From Candidatus Tayloriibacteriota bacterium (GTDB taxonomy: Bacteria; Patescibacteriota; Minisyncoccia; Phycocordibacterales; PALSA-1337): a DNA stretch of 64,000 nucleotides. This document shows, piece by piece, positions 1 through 10,156 of this stretch. A program made the translations under genes and the position numbers. Numbering within the stretch: position 1 is the stretch's first letter; each line of letters starts with the position of its first letter. The notes beneath the pieces were generated by a model, which saw only the letters and a program-made list of their open reading frames with translations, did not search any database and had not been told where the DNA came from. The stretch is from NCBI GenBank assembly GCA_028286665.1, contig JAQBRD010000012.1:841-64840 (forward strand). Direction: 5' to 3'.

Positions 1-1
1 T

Positions 2-1009
2 CTCTCGAGCTACATCATCTTCTTCTCGCTTCTCGCATATGTGCATACGATCGCTGGGAAGAAAGCGCTTCTCCCGAAGCTTGAGAACAGCCAATCGCAT
101 GCCGCAGTCTTCGACCCGGTCATCGTCGGATACGTCTGCGTTCCAGTCATCGTGATCCTGCTCGGCGCCTCGATCTATTTCATCAATGTGAAGAGCCTCA
201 AAGCGAATTTCACGCTCATCACTTCCATGATATCCTGCCGCGATCGGAGATATGACGAGGCGAGCGCGCAATTCAAGAAAGCTCTCGCGTACGGCACGTA
301 TGACGGACGCTCGGAGATCCGCGAGCAGCTGCTGAGCTGCACGACCAACGTGATAGGCGATCCGAAGGCATCCAACGAATTGAAGGGCGTCTGGTTCAAT
401 GATGCGATGGCTGCAATGAAAGCGCAGATCGCTGAAACCCCGGCAGATCCGAGGCCGTACATGATCACCGGATCATTCCTCAATTCGATCGGCCGCTATG
501 AGGAATCTATTCCGTATCTCGAGCAGGGCTTGAAGACTGCTCCAGGAAAGCAGCAGATGATGCTTTTGCTCTCGCTCGATTACCTGAATTTGAAGCAGAC
601 GGACAAGGCTATCGCGCTTCTCAAAGACGCGTACGACATCACTCCGAACAATGAGCAGATCAAGCTCGCGTATGCAGCAGGCCTCATCTTCGCAGGAAAG
701 AAAGCTGAAGCCGATGCGATCTTCGGAGCGACATCGACGATCATGACGAACGATCAGGTCATCTCCGCATATCAGCAGCGAAAGGAATACGGATATGTCA
801 TCGATGCATACCGTGCCCGCGCAGCTCGGACTCCGGACGATGTTCAGGCGGCCATCGTTCCCGGAATCATCTATTTCAAGATGGGGGACAAGTCTTCGGC
901 GATCCGCGAATTCCGCCAAGTCGCAATCGCATTTCCGAAATACGCCAAAGAATTCAGCCAGATCATCAATGAAATCCAAGCCGGCAGGGATCCTTTCGTG
1001 CAGAAGTAG
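2..1009 (+). CDS. TPR-repeat protein (5' partial; the frame is open to the window edge)
   Basis: Open frame with no stop from position 2. Helical, TPR-like repeat composition. A GC hairpin plus T-run follows at 1137-1157. Confidence 0.55.
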   Translation, partial: LSSYIIFFSLLAYVHTIAGKKALLPKLENSQSHAAVFDPVIVGYVCVPVIVILLGASIYFINVKSLKANFTLITSMISCRDRRYDEASAQFKKALAYGTYDGRSEIREQLLSCTTNVIGDPKASNELKGVWFNDAMAAMKAQIAETPADPRPYMITGSFLNSIGRYEESIPYLEQGLKTAPGKQQMMLLLSLDYLNLKQTDKAIALLKDAYDITPNNEQIKLAYAAGLIFAGKKAEADAIFGATSTIMTNDQVISAYQQRKEYGYVIDAYRARAARTPDDVQAAIVPGIIYFKMGDKSSAIREFRQVAIAFPKYAKEFSQIINEIQAGRDPFVQK

Positions 1010-1136
1010 CAGGGGGGGCAGGTTGCCCTTGCACCGAAGCGGCGCTATACTGAAGAAGTGTGAGTATTAACACGGCTAAATCTTCCAAGATTTTCACCGA
1101 GAAATGTTAGTCTTCCAAAATAAATGTCTACATGAA

Positions 1137-1160
1137 ATCCTGCCTCGGCGGGATTTTGTG
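1137..1160 (+). terminator. Rho-independent terminator after the TPR gene
   Basis: Stem ATCCTGC/GCGGGAT (1137-1154) followed by TTTT. Confidence 0.5.
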
Positions 1161-1275
1161 TTATAATGCGCGAGGTTGTTCCAAGCGATGGCGGCGGCTG
1201 TACTCACATTTTAATTTAGACATTATATTGGAGCTAACACCCGTCGCCATCAGTTGGCGCAATCATATTCCTGCC

Positions 1276-2400
1276 ATGATAAATATCCAGAACAACATCT
1301 CGCTTCGAGAATATACGACATTCAGAGTGGGAGGGCCCGCTCGTTTTTTTGCATGCGTGAAATCGGTCGATGAATTGAAGGAGGCCGTCGCTTGGGCGAA
1401 AGGGCAGCGGGGCAGCGATGGCGACGCGCTGCAGATCTTTGTTCTCGGCGGCGGTTCGAATATCGTCGTCTCGGATGCAGGGTTCGGCGGACTCGTGATC
1501 AAGAATGAGATTCCAGGCATGGAGTTCTCAGATGAAACGGCAGGCATAGTCATGGCGACTGTCGGCGCAGGAGAAAATTGGGACTCATTCGTCGCGAAGA
1601 GCGTCGAGCTCGGACTTTCAGGAATCGAGAATCTTTCGTTCATTCCCGGAACCGTAGGCGGAGGCGCGGTCCAGAATATCGGCGCGTACGGCGTCGAAGT
1701 GCAGGGCGCCGTCGATTCGGTCGAAGTTCTCGATGTCGCTCGGAATGAGATCGTCGATTTCGCAGCTGCTGACTGCGGATTCGAATACCGCGACAGCATG
1801 TTCAAGAAGAATCCGGGCGAATTCATCCTCACCAGGATCCATTTCAATCTCAAGAAATTCGATCCAGCATATGCTGCCGTGAATGTTTCATACAGAGATC
1901 TCAAGGAATATTTTTCAAAGATACCGGAAAAGTCCGCAGCTCCCGAATCGATCACTCCGGCCGATGTCCGCGAGGCAGTCATCGACATCCGCAAGCGCAA
2001 GCTTCCGGATTGGACGAAGCTCGGCACCGCCGGATCTTTCTTCAAGAATCCCGTAATCACCGAAGCAAAATTCGTCGAACTCAAGGCTGCATATCCTGAT
2101 CTTCCATCGTTCCCGGCAGGGAAGGCGACAAGTGAAGTCGTTCAGGGCTTCGTGAAAGTCCCGCTCGCATGGATCCTCGACAATGTCTGCGGCTACCGGG
2201 GAAAGATACACTCCGGCGCGATCGGCGTGTATCAGAATCAGGCGCTTGTCATTGTCAACGATTATCTTTCGGCAGGAAACGAAGCGGACAAAGCGGCAGG
2301 CACTGCGGAGCAGATCAAATCGCTTGCCGCTGAAATGGCTCAGTCCGTTCGTGAAAAGACCGGCATCGATATCGCGCCGGAGGTGCAGTATATCGGCTGA
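1276..2400 (+). CDS. murB: UDP-N-acetylenolpyruvoylglucosamine reductase MurB
   Basis: FAD-binding N-terminus (TFRVGGPARFF...VLGGGSNIVVSD) and MurB C-terminal domain. Start set at ATG 1276 because the upstream in-frame ATG 1132 lies inside the terminator hairpin and promoter region. Confidence 0.9.
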   Translation: MINIQNNISLREYTTFRVGGPARFFACVKSVDELKEAVAWAKGQRGSDGDALQIFVLGGGSNIVVSDAGFGGLVIKNEIPGMEFSDETAGIVMATVGAGENWDSFVAKSVELGLSGIENLSFIPGTVGGGAVQNIGAYGVEVQGAVDSVEVLDVARNEIVDFAAADCGFEYRDSMFKKNPGEFILTRIHFNLKKFDPAYAAVNVSYRDLKEYFSKIPEKSAAPESITPADVREAVIDIRKRKLPDWTKLGTAGSFFKNPVITEAKFVELKAAYPDLPSFPAGKATSEVVQGFVKVPLAWILDNVCGYRGKIHSGAIGVYQNQALVIVNDYLSAGNEADKAAGTAEQIKSLAAEMAQSVREKTGIDIAPEVQYIG

Positions 2401-2469
2401 TATGCTATAGTGGTTTTCTGTAAAAGTCGGCTTTTTTCCGTTAATTCCAACATCACTTTTCTACCAAAT

Positions 2470-4986
2470 ATGGCATTTTCACTCAAAACTATCTTCGGAG
2501 ATCCGAACAAGAAGAATCTCAAGAAATACGAATCGCTCCCGGCTCAGGTGAACGCGCTCGAGTCGATCGTTTCGGCGTTGTCCGATCAGGATCTGAAGGG
2601 AAAGACTGCGACTTTCAAGAGGCGTCTCTCTGAAGCAAAAAATCTTGAAGATGAAAAGAAGGTCCTTGCCGAAATCCTCCCTGAGGCTTTCGCAGTCGTT
2701 CGCGAAGCGGCGAAGCGAACGCTCGGACAGCGGCATTTCGACGTGCAGCTCATCGGAGGCGCGATCCTTCATAACGGCAATATCGCCGAGATGCGAACCG
2801 GAGAAGGAAAGACGCTCGTCGCGACGCTTCCGGTGTATCTGAATGCGCTCACCGGCAAGGGCGTGCATGTCATCACGGTCAACGATTATCTCTCTCGACG
2901 AGACGCTGTCTGGATGGGCCAGATCTACAATTTTCTCGGAATTTCTACTGCAGTCATCAATCACGACAGCTCGTATGTCTATGATCCGGAGCATAAGGCT
3001 GCGGTTGCTGCCGCTGCTCCTGCGAAAGAGGGCGATGAGCTCGACAAGGTCCGCGATCTGACCGGCTCATTCCATGTCGTCCATGAATTCCTGAGGCCGG
3101 TAAGCCGACGAGACGCATATCTCGCAGACATTACCTATGGAACGAACAACGAGTTCGGCTTCGACTATCTCCGAGACAATCTCGAATACAATTCCGCGAA
3201 CATCCGCCAGCGCGAATTCAACTATGCTGTTGTCGACGAAATCGACTCGATTCTCATCGATGAAGCTCGAACGCCGCTCATCATTTCATCTCCTACCACT
3301 GATTCGGAAAATCTCTATCAGCAGTTCGCCGAGATGGCCCGCGGCTTCATCGCGGAAGAGGATTTCACCGTCGATGAGAAGCGAAAGCAGATCTCGCTCA
3401 CCGACAAAGGCATCGAGAAGGCGGAGAAGATCCTCAACGTTGGAAATATCTATACCGACAAAGGCATCAAATACGTGCACCATCTCGAGACTGCGGTCCG
3501 AGCGAAGGCCCTTTTCAATCTCAATAAGGAATACGTCATAAAGGAAGGACAGATCGTCATCGTCGACGAATTCACCGGACGACTGCAGCCGGGACGACGC
3601 TGGTCAGAAGGCCTCCATCAGGCAATCGAAGCGAAGGAAGGCGTGCCTGTTCAGAAGGAATCTCGCACATTCGCATCGATCACGTTCCAGAACTATTTCA
3701 GACTTTACCGGAAGCTTTCCGGAATGACAGGTACCGCGGTCACATCAGCTGAGGAATTCTATAAGGTATACGGCCTCGAAACCATCACGGTTCCGACGCA
3801 TCACGCAGTCCAGCGAATCGACCGCAATGACCTCATCTTCCAGACAGAGAAGGGCAAATACAAGGCTGTTGCCCGCAAGGTGAAAGAACTCAACAAGAAA
3901 GGCCAGCCGGTGCTCGTCGGTACGGTCTCGATCGAAAAGAACGAAGTGCTCTCGCAATTCCTCAAGGCAGAAGGCGTTCCTCATGAAGTCTTGAACGCGA
4001 AGAACCATGAACGCGAAGGAGAGATCATCGCTCAGGCAGGAAAGAAAGGCGCAGTCACCATCGCTACCAACATGGCAGGACGCGGAGTCGACATCAAGCT
4101 CGGCGGAAATCCAGGCTCGAAGGATCTCTATGAGGAAGTGAAATCGGTCGGCGGACTTTTCGTCCTCGGCACCGAACGCCATGATGCGCGACGCATCGAC
4201 AACCAGCTCCGCGGACGAGCCGGACGACAGGGAGATCCGGGCGAGACGCAGTTCTTCGTATCGCTCGACGACTCGCTCATGCGCATCTTCGCAGGAGACA
4301 CGATCAAGAATCTCATGGGACGCCTCGGCGTCGCAGAAGATGAGCCGATCGAGAACCGCATCATCACGCGATCGCTCGAAAGCGCGCAGTCGAAGATCGA
4401 AGGCCTCAACTTCGATTCGCGAAAGCATGTGCTCGAATACGACGACGTCCTCAACCACCAGCGAAAGACCGTCTACGAACGACGACGCAAGATCGTCATG
4501 GGCACGATCGACGAAGTCGCGGCGAAGCTTGATGAAGTGGTCGCATTGGCGGATGCCGATACGAAGGCTCTCATCGAGAAATCCATCGCTGACAAGATCG
4601 CGCAGCTCGGCCGCGACGTCTTCTACGGCGTAGCTCGCCAGGTCATGCTCCAGACGATCGACATGTTCTGGGTTGAACACCTCGAAGTCATGGATTACAC
4701 CCGATCAAGCGTCAATCTCCGTGCCTACGGCCAGCGCGATCCGCTTGTCGAATACAAGAAAGAGGGCCTCCGCCTCTTCAAGGAAATGAATGAAGCCGTG
4801 AACGGCCAGATCCTCGGCCTGATCCAGCATGTCGGCGCGCAAGTCGCGGCACCTCAGCAGGTGGAGCTCAAGGAAGTCCACGAAGGAGCAGCGAAAGCTA
4901 TCGAATCGAGCAATGCAGCCGGCGGCGATGGCGAAGCGGCAGGCAATCGCCACGCTCGACGCGCGATGAAGAAGGCGCAAAAATAA
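2470..4986 (+). CDS. secA: Preprotein translocase ATPase SecA
   Basis: Full-length SecA with DEAD-like motor motifs (GEGKTLVATLP, VDEIDSILIDEARTPLIIS, TNMAGRGVDIKLGG). Confidence 0.95.
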   Translation: MAFSLKTIFGDPNKKNLKKYESLPAQVNALESIVSALSDQDLKGKTATFKRRLSEAKNLEDEKKVLAEILPEAFAVVREAAKRTLGQRHFDVQLIGGAILHNGNIAEMRTGEGKTLVATLPVYLNALTGKGVHVITVNDYLSRRDAVWMGQIYNFLGISTAVINHDSSYVYDPEHKAAVAAAAPAKEGDELDKVRDLTGSFHVVHEFLRPVSRRDAYLADITYGTNNEFGFDYLRDNLEYNSANIRQREFNYAVVDEIDSILIDEARTPLIISSPTTDSENLYQQFAEMARGFIAEEDFTVDEKRKQISLTDKGIEKAEKILNVGNIYTDKGIKYVHHLETAVRAKALFNLNKEYVIKEGQIVIVDEFTGRLQPGRRWSEGLHQAIEAKEGVPVQKESRTFASITFQNYFRLYRKLSGMTGTAVTSAEEFYKVYGLETITVPTHHAVQRIDRNDLIFQTEKGKYKAVARKVKELNKKGQPVLVGTVSIEKNEVLSQFLKAEGVPHEVLNAKNHEREGEIIAQAGKKGAVTIATNMAGRGVDIKLGGNPGSKDLYEEVKSVGGLFVLGTERHDARRIDNQLRGRAGRQGDPGETQFFVSLDDSLMRIFAGDTIKNLMGRLGVAEDEPIENRIITRSLESAQSKIEGLNFDSRKHVLEYDDVLNHQRKTVYERRRKIVMGTIDEVAAKLDEVVALADADTKALIEKSIADKIAQLGRDVFYGVARQVMLQTIDMFWVEHLEVMDYTRSSVNLRAYGQRDPLVEYKKEGLRLFKEMNEAVNGQILGLIQHVGAQVAAPQQVELKEVHEGAAKAIESSNAAGGDGEAAGNRHARRAMKKAQK

Positions 4987-5009
4987 TCCGAAAAAGGTAC
5001 AATGAAGGG

Positions 5010-6221
5010 ATGAAGAAAACAGCACTGTTCCTCATTCCTTTTTTGTTTTTCATGATCGCGATTTCGCAATCGGTTCCTTTGCGCGCGGATGCGCAGGCTT
5101 CGAAAGCTTCCGAGGTCGCGCTCCTTCAGGATACGGTAACTACGGTGAAAGCGAAGGTCGTCAGCATCGAAAGCGAAGAAGTGAGGGCGGTGCCGGGCAC
5201 CGACATCACGAGCAATTATCAGACGATCAAAGTCCGAATTCTCGAGGGCGCAGAAAAGGACAAGACGATCACTGTCGCCAACGATTACCTGAGCCTGAAG
5301 AAAGGCGAGACTTTCTATCTGACGATCACTATCCGCGGAGAAGACGGCAGGGAAATGTATGCGGTTTCAGAGCCATACCGTCTACCTGCGGTACTTTTTT
5401 TCGTGGGGCTTTTCATCGCGCTCGTCATCATCTTCGGCGGCATCCAGGGAATCAGAGGACTGCTCAGCCTTGCTGGCAGCCTCATCCTCATCATCTATGT
5501 CCTATTGCCCGGAGTGCTGCACGGATATTCGCCGGTGCTCGTCAGTCTCGGTGTCGCTGCGCTCATCATCATCGTCGGCTCGTACATAACGCACGGTTTC
5601 AATAAGACGACATCTGCCGCAGTCATCGGCATGATCGTCACGATCGCGTTCACTGGCGTGCTCGCATATGCCGCGGTGCACTGGAGCAGGCTTTCCGGCT
5701 TCAGCAATGAGGAGGCAGTTTACTTGAATCTCGATACTCGAGGCTCGATCGATTTCGTCGGACTGCTGCTTGGCGGGATCCTCATCGGATTGCTCGGCGT
5801 GCTGTACGATGTGGCGATCGGCCAGGCGATCTCCGTCGAAGAATTGAATCGGGTCGCGCCGCATCTGCCGCGAAGCGTCATATTCAAGCGATCGATCCGC
5901 ATCGGCAGGGAACATATCGGCGCGCTCGTGAATACGCTCGCGATCGCGTATGTCGGCGTATCGCTGCCGCTCCTGCTGCTCTACATGAAGTCGTCCGACA
6001 GTTCGATCGCGCTCACGCTCAATCGCGAGCTGTTCGCGACCGAAATCATCCGCACGATGATCGGCAGCATCGGCCTCGTTCTCGCGGTGCCGATCACGAC
6101 GCTCATCGCGGTGTGGATGCTCATGAAGCGAGAGAACGACGCATCCGAGGAAGATTCTGTTTCAGCTGAAAAGATCGCGAAGGAACAGGAGGCGATCGAG
6201 CACGTCGGCCATAGCCACTAG
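5010..6221 (+). CDS. YibE/F-family integral membrane protein
   Basis: Signal or anchor sequence, a soluble N-terminal domain, then a multi-helix YibE/F-like hydrophobic core. TACAAT lies 6 nt upstream of the ATG. Confidence 0.65.
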   Translation: MKKTALFLIPFLFFMIAISQSVPLRADAQASKASEVALLQDTVTTVKAKVVSIESEEVRAVPGTDITSNYQTIKVRILEGAEKDKTITVANDYLSLKKGETFYLTITIRGEDGREMYAVSEPYRLPAVLFFVGLFIALVIIFGGIQGIRGLLSLAGSLILIIYVLLPGVLHGYSPVLVSLGVAALIIIVGSYITHGFNKTTSAAVIGMIVTIAFTGVLAYAAVHWSRLSGFSNEEAVYLNLDTRGSIDFVGLLLGGILIGLLGVLYDVAIGQAISVEELNRVAPHLPRSVIFKRSIRIGREHIGALVNTLAIAYVGVSLPLLLLYMKSSDSSIALTLNRELFATEIIRTMIGSIGLVLAVPITTLIAVWMLMKRENDASEEDSVSAEKIAKEQEAIEHVGHSH

Positions 6222-6254
6222 TCCTGCATTCGAGGTGTGCTAGAATAAGCCAAT

Positions 6255-7313
6255 ATGGAAACACGCTCCCAATATTACATGTTCGTCGGATTGCTTATCG
6301 GCGCATTCTGCCTCGCTGCGCTCGTCTTCCTGCCGTACATGACGGCGATCGTCATCGCGATCGTGCTCTCGGTCATCTTCAGGCCAGTCCATCGTCTCGT
6401 CGCGAGATTCGTCGCAAAAGGAGATCAGGGAAGCACGTGGGCAACGATCGTGTCGATCATCGTCATCGCGATCATCGTCATCACGCCGCTCACATTCCTC
6501 GCGATCAGGCTCTATACTGAAACAGGAACGCTCTATCTGAGCCTCACTGACGAAGGCGAACGCGCGCACATCATCTCATCTCTCAACAAGGGCCTCAGCG
6601 GCATCGCGCACACCTTCGATGTCACTCCGACATTCAATTTCGATTCGTTCAACGTGACCGAATACATCCAGAGCTTCTTCGATTGGCTGCTGTCGAACAT
6701 GGACACGGTCTTCTCGAGCGCTGCGAAGATCGGCTTGAATATCTTCGTCATCCTCCTCGCGCTCTTCTATCTGCTCCGCGACGGCAATGCGCTCCGCAAG
6801 CAGCTCATCCTCTTCAGTCCGCTCAAGGACGATCATGAGTCCCAGATTCTTGATAAGCTCAAGCAGGCGATCCATTCGGTCGTCTCCGGCAGCATCGTCG
6901 TCTCCATCATGCAGGGAATCCTTTCGGGCATCGGCTTCTCGATATTCGGAGTGCCGAACCCTGTGCTCTGGGGAACGATCGCGATGATCGCCGCTTTCAT
7001 TCCAGGCATCGGCACCTCGCTCGTCATGATTCCTGCGATCCTCTATCTCTTCGTCATGTCGACGCATCTGCACGCGCTCGGCATGCTTATCTGGGCGATA
7101 CTCGCAGTCGGTCTCGTGGACAACCTGCTTTCGAGCTTCCTCATAAATAGGAAGGTGCGAATCCATCCGTTCCTCATCCTGCTCTCGGTGCTCGGAGGCC
7201 TTTCGTTCTTCGGACCGGTCGGTTTCATCCTCGGCCCGCTCATACTCGCGTTCCTATTCGCCTTGATTGAAATATACAAGACGAATCATTCGGCACCATC
7301 GCATAATAGCTAA
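6255..7313 (+). CDS. AI-2E family transporter (UPF0118/PerM-like permease)
   Basis: Eight-helix permease topology with the conserved C-terminal G-rich helices. Extended -10 TGCTAGAAT at 6238-6246, 8 nt before the ATG. Confidence 0.75.
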   Translation: METRSQYYMFVGLLIGAFCLAALVFLPYMTAIVIAIVLSVIFRPVHRLVARFVAKGDQGSTWATIVSIIVIAIIVITPLTFLAIRLYTETGTLYLSLTDEGERAHIISSLNKGLSGIAHTFDVTPTFNFDSFNVTEYIQSFFDWLLSNMDTVFSSAAKIGLNIFVILLALFYLLRDGNALRKQLILFSPLKDDHESQILDKLKQAIHSVVSGSIVVSIMQGILSGIGFSIFGVPNPVLWGTIAMIAAFIPGIGTSLVMIPAILYLFVMSTHLHALGMLIWAILAVGLVDNLLSSFLINRKVRIHPFLILLSVLGGLSFFGPVGFILGPLILAFLFALIEIYKTNHSAPSHNS

Positions 7314-7366
7314 ATTGGCATCGTGTGTGCTAGACTCTTATTTCTTCATAATTTTCTCAAAACCAT

Positions 7367-8497
7367 ATGTCTTTCATCGACGAAATCACAATTCATGCTC
7401 GGGCAGGACGTGGCGGCGACGGCGTCGTGCTGTGGCGCCATGAGCGCGCGAAGGAATTCGCAGGAGCCGCCGGCGGCAATGGCGGAAGGGGAGGCGACGT
7501 ATACATACGGGCTGTCCGCGATCTTTCGATACTCAACAGATACCGCAACTCGAAGGAATTCGAGGGAGGCAACGGCACCGACGGCATGAGGAACAGCATG
7601 CATGGAAAGGACGGAGACGACATCACGATCGATCTTCCGATCGGTTCCATCGTGAAGGATATGCGGAATGGCCGGCTCGTCAGCCTGCTCAGTGACGGCC
7701 AGCTCATCAAGATCCTGAAGGGAGGCCGCGGAGGTCTCGGCAACGAGCATTTCAAGGCTTCGACGAATGTCACGCCGCTGCAATCGACTCCCGGAAAGGA
7801 GGGCGAAGAATCCGATTTCCATATCGAACTCGAACTCGTGGCGGACGGCGGACTCATCGGCTTGCCGAATGCGGGAAAGTCGTCGCTCCTGAATGCGCTC
7901 ACGAATGCCGATGCGAAAGTCGGCAGCTACCAATTCACCACGCTCGAACCGAACCTCGGCGCATTGCCGGGAGGCTTCATCCTCGCTGACATTCCCGGAC
8001 TCATCGAAGGCGCTTCGGAAGGCAGGGGCCTCGGCATCAAATTCCTCCGCCACGTGAAGCGCACCCGCATGCTTTTCCATCTCATTTCTCTCGAAGGCGT
8101 CGTCGATATCACCAAAAAGGCCGACAAGGTCTCGAAGTTCGACGCTGATAGCGTCGCCGAAGTATACGAGACGATCCGAGAAGAGCTCAAGAAATACAGC
8201 GACGCGCAGGCGAAGATCGCAGAGGAGAGTATCGATGGCGTGCTCGACGAGCAGGCGTCGAATCTCGATCAGAAGCCTGAGACGATCATCTTCACCAAGA
8301 CCGACGTATTCGGCACTGACAAGAAGGTCATCGCGGCAGGACTCGCAGCTGCGAAGAAATCGATCATGAAAGTCGCCAATGCCGGCAAGAAGCCTGCGAA
8401 CAAGATCAAGGAAAGCGATATCCTTTCAGTCACCATCCTCGACGATGTCTCAGTGAAAGTCCTCATGGATGAAATCGTGAAGCGGCTCCGGGCATAG
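7367..8497 (+). CDS. obg: GTPase Obg/CgtA
   Basis: Obg fold with GGDGG/GGNGG repeats, followed by the G-domain motifs GLPNAGKSSLLNA and DIPGLIEGA. Confidence 0.95.
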   Translation: MSFIDEITIHARAGRGGDGVVLWRHERAKEFAGAAGGNGGRGGDVYIRAVRDLSILNRYRNSKEFEGGNGTDGMRNSMHGKDGDDITIDLPIGSIVKDMRNGRLVSLLSDGQLIKILKGGRGGLGNEHFKASTNVTPLQSTPGKEGEESDFHIELELVADGGLIGLPNAGKSSLLNALTNADAKVGSYQFTTLEPNLGALPGGFILADIPGLIEGASEGRGLGIKFLRHVKRTRMLFHLISLEGVVDITKKADKVSKFDADSVAEVYETIREELKKYSDAQAKIAEESIDGVLDEQASNLDQKPETIIFTKTDVFGTDKKVIAAGLAAAKKSIMKVANAGKKPANKIKESDILSVTILDDVSVKVLMDEIVKRLRA

Positions 8498-8544
8498 CTC
8501 CTGCTCCCTTTTTTATTTGGCGAATTTGAAGTACACTAGCGAGC

Positions 8545-10080
8545 ATGAAATACGTACCGACGATCGGACTCGAAGTGCACGCTGAACTTGCGACGAAGAG
8601 CAAGATGTTCTGCGCGTGCGTCAATGATCCCGATGAGGAAAAGCCGAACGCGAATATCTGCCCGGTCTGCATGGCGCACCCGGGAACTTTGCCCGTGCTC
8701 AATCACGAGGCGATCAAGCATGTGCTCAAGATCGGCCATGCGGTGAAAGGGAACATCGCTGACTTCACCGAATGGGATCGCAAGCAGTATTTCTACCCTG
8801 ACATCCCGAAGGGCTACCAGATCAGCCAGTACAAATATCCGCTCGTCTCCGGAGGCGAGCTTGCCGGCGTGGCGCTCACGCGCATCCATCTCGAGGAAGA
8901 CACTGCGCAGTCGACGCATGATGCGCCAGGCCTGCATGTCGCAGACAAGTCGCTCGTGAATTACAATCGCGCAGGCGTGCCGCTCATGGAGCTCGTGACC
9001 GAGCCGGTCATTCATGATGCCGAGACCGCGCTCCGATTCGCGAAAGAACTGCAGCTCCTCCTCCGATGCCTCGGCTCAGGCGAAGCGAATATGGAAAAAG
9101 GCGAGATGCGAGTCGAGGTGAATATCTCGATCGCTACCCCAGAGGATACTGCTGCGCGGAAATTCGGCACGAAGACCGAGGTGAAGAACATCAATTCATT
9201 CCGTGCCGTCGAGCGCTCCATCGTCTATGAAATCGCGCGCCATACGCGCATTCTCGAAGCAGCGGAAATCGAGCGAGCAGCAGGGAAGGAGCCGATCGAA
9301 AAAATCGTTCAGGAGACTCGCGGTTGGGACGAATCGTCCCAGAAGACTTTCTCGCAGCGGGCAAAAGAAAGCGCGCATGACTATCGGTATTTTCCGGATC
9401 CTGACATCCCGAAGTTGAAGGTGAGCGAGGTCGCGGATTTTGCTCCTGCAGCGCTCACGAAAGAGATGCCCGAACTCCCATGGGAGAAGCGTGCTCGATA
9501 TAAGACCGCATACGAAATGACCGATAAGGAAGTCGCGGTGTGCGTCGAGTCTGAAATCATTTCTGAATATTTCGAAAAGACGATTGCTCCGTTCTCGTCA
9601 GACAAGAAGCTTGTGCGTCTCGCGATCAACTACATCCTTTCCGATTATGTCGGCACGCTCAAGAAGGAATTCGGCGAAGGGGAATTCGTTTCGCACATGT
9701 CGATCGTCCCGCCGGAGCAATTCGCGAAGCTCATCCAGCTCATCGGATCCGGCAAAGTGAATTCGCGCGGAGGAAAGGATACGCTCTCGATCATGTATGC
9801 CGAAGGGAAGGTTGCGATCGCGGCTGCGGCTTCCGGCGCTCCGGTTTCATTCGTCGATCCCGAAATGCTCGCCGAGAAGAACGGCTTCATACAGAAAAAT
9901 GACGAAGGCGAAATCAAAAAGATCGCTGAAGCTATCGTCGCGGCGAATCCCGCGGTAGCTGCCGATTACAAAGCCGGAAAAGCCGCCGCTCTCCAGTTCT
10001 TCATCGGCCAAGGCATGAAGGCGACGAAGGGAAGCGCCAACCCAGAACTCCTGAAGACCATTTTCATGTCAATTCTCTAA
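8545..10080 (+). CDS. gatB: Asp-tRNA(Asn)/Glu-tRNA(Gln) amidotransferase subunit B
   Basis: GatB signature residues (PTIGLEVHAELATKSKMFC, CPVCMAHPG) and the C-terminal GatB/YqeY domain. Confidence 0.95.
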   Translation: MKYVPTIGLEVHAELATKSKMFCACVNDPDEEKPNANICPVCMAHPGTLPVLNHEAIKHVLKIGHAVKGNIADFTEWDRKQYFYPDIPKGYQISQYKYPLVSGGELAGVALTRIHLEEDTAQSTHDAPGLHVADKSLVNYNRAGVPLMELVTEPVIHDAETALRFAKELQLLLRCLGSGEANMEKGEMRVEVNISIATPEDTAARKFGTKTEVKNINSFRAVERSIVYEIARHTRILEAAEIERAAGKEPIEKIVQETRGWDESSQKTFSQRAKESAHDYRYFPDPDIPKLKVSEVADFAPAALTKEMPELPWEKRARYKTAYEMTDKEVAVCVESEIISEYFEKTIAPFSSDKKLVRLAINYILSDYVGTLKKEFGEGEFVSHMSIVPPEQFAKLIQLIGSGKVNSRGGKDTLSIMYAEGKVAIAAAASGAPVSFVDPEMLAEKNGFIQKNDEGEIKKIAEAIVAANPAVAADYKAGKAAALQFFIGQGMKATKGSANPELLKTIFMSIL

Positions 10081-10156
10081 AATCTGCTTATTTTGCTTCA
10101 TTTATCCCCACTTTTTTGCTCAAAAAAGCCGCATTTCCGTGCTAAACTACTGGGGA

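Noticed and set aside
1132-1275. The upstream in-frame ATG (1132) as the murB start, giving a 48-aa N-terminal extension.
   Set aside because: The extension would be encoded by the terminator hairpin and promoter region. It has no MurB homology and a Cys/Arg-rich junk composition.
3745-4680. Long antisense ORFs. Examples: 311 aa opposite secA; 1263-2084 opposite murB; 6576-7166; 7346-8080; 18270-19235; 31871-32998 at 375 aa; 34677-35597; 41287-43476; 52340-53311; 53817-55094 at 425 aa; 56672-58072 at 466 aa.
   Set aside because: All lie antisense to genes with strong family signatures. Their translations are low-complexity Arg/Asp/Glu-rich strings with no motifs. This is the expected stop-codon paucity on the opposite strand of GC-rich coding DNA.
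8545-10080. gatB without adjacent gatC/gatA as an anomaly.
   Set aside because: Split gatCAB arrangements are common in many bacterial lineages, so this is not informative on its own.
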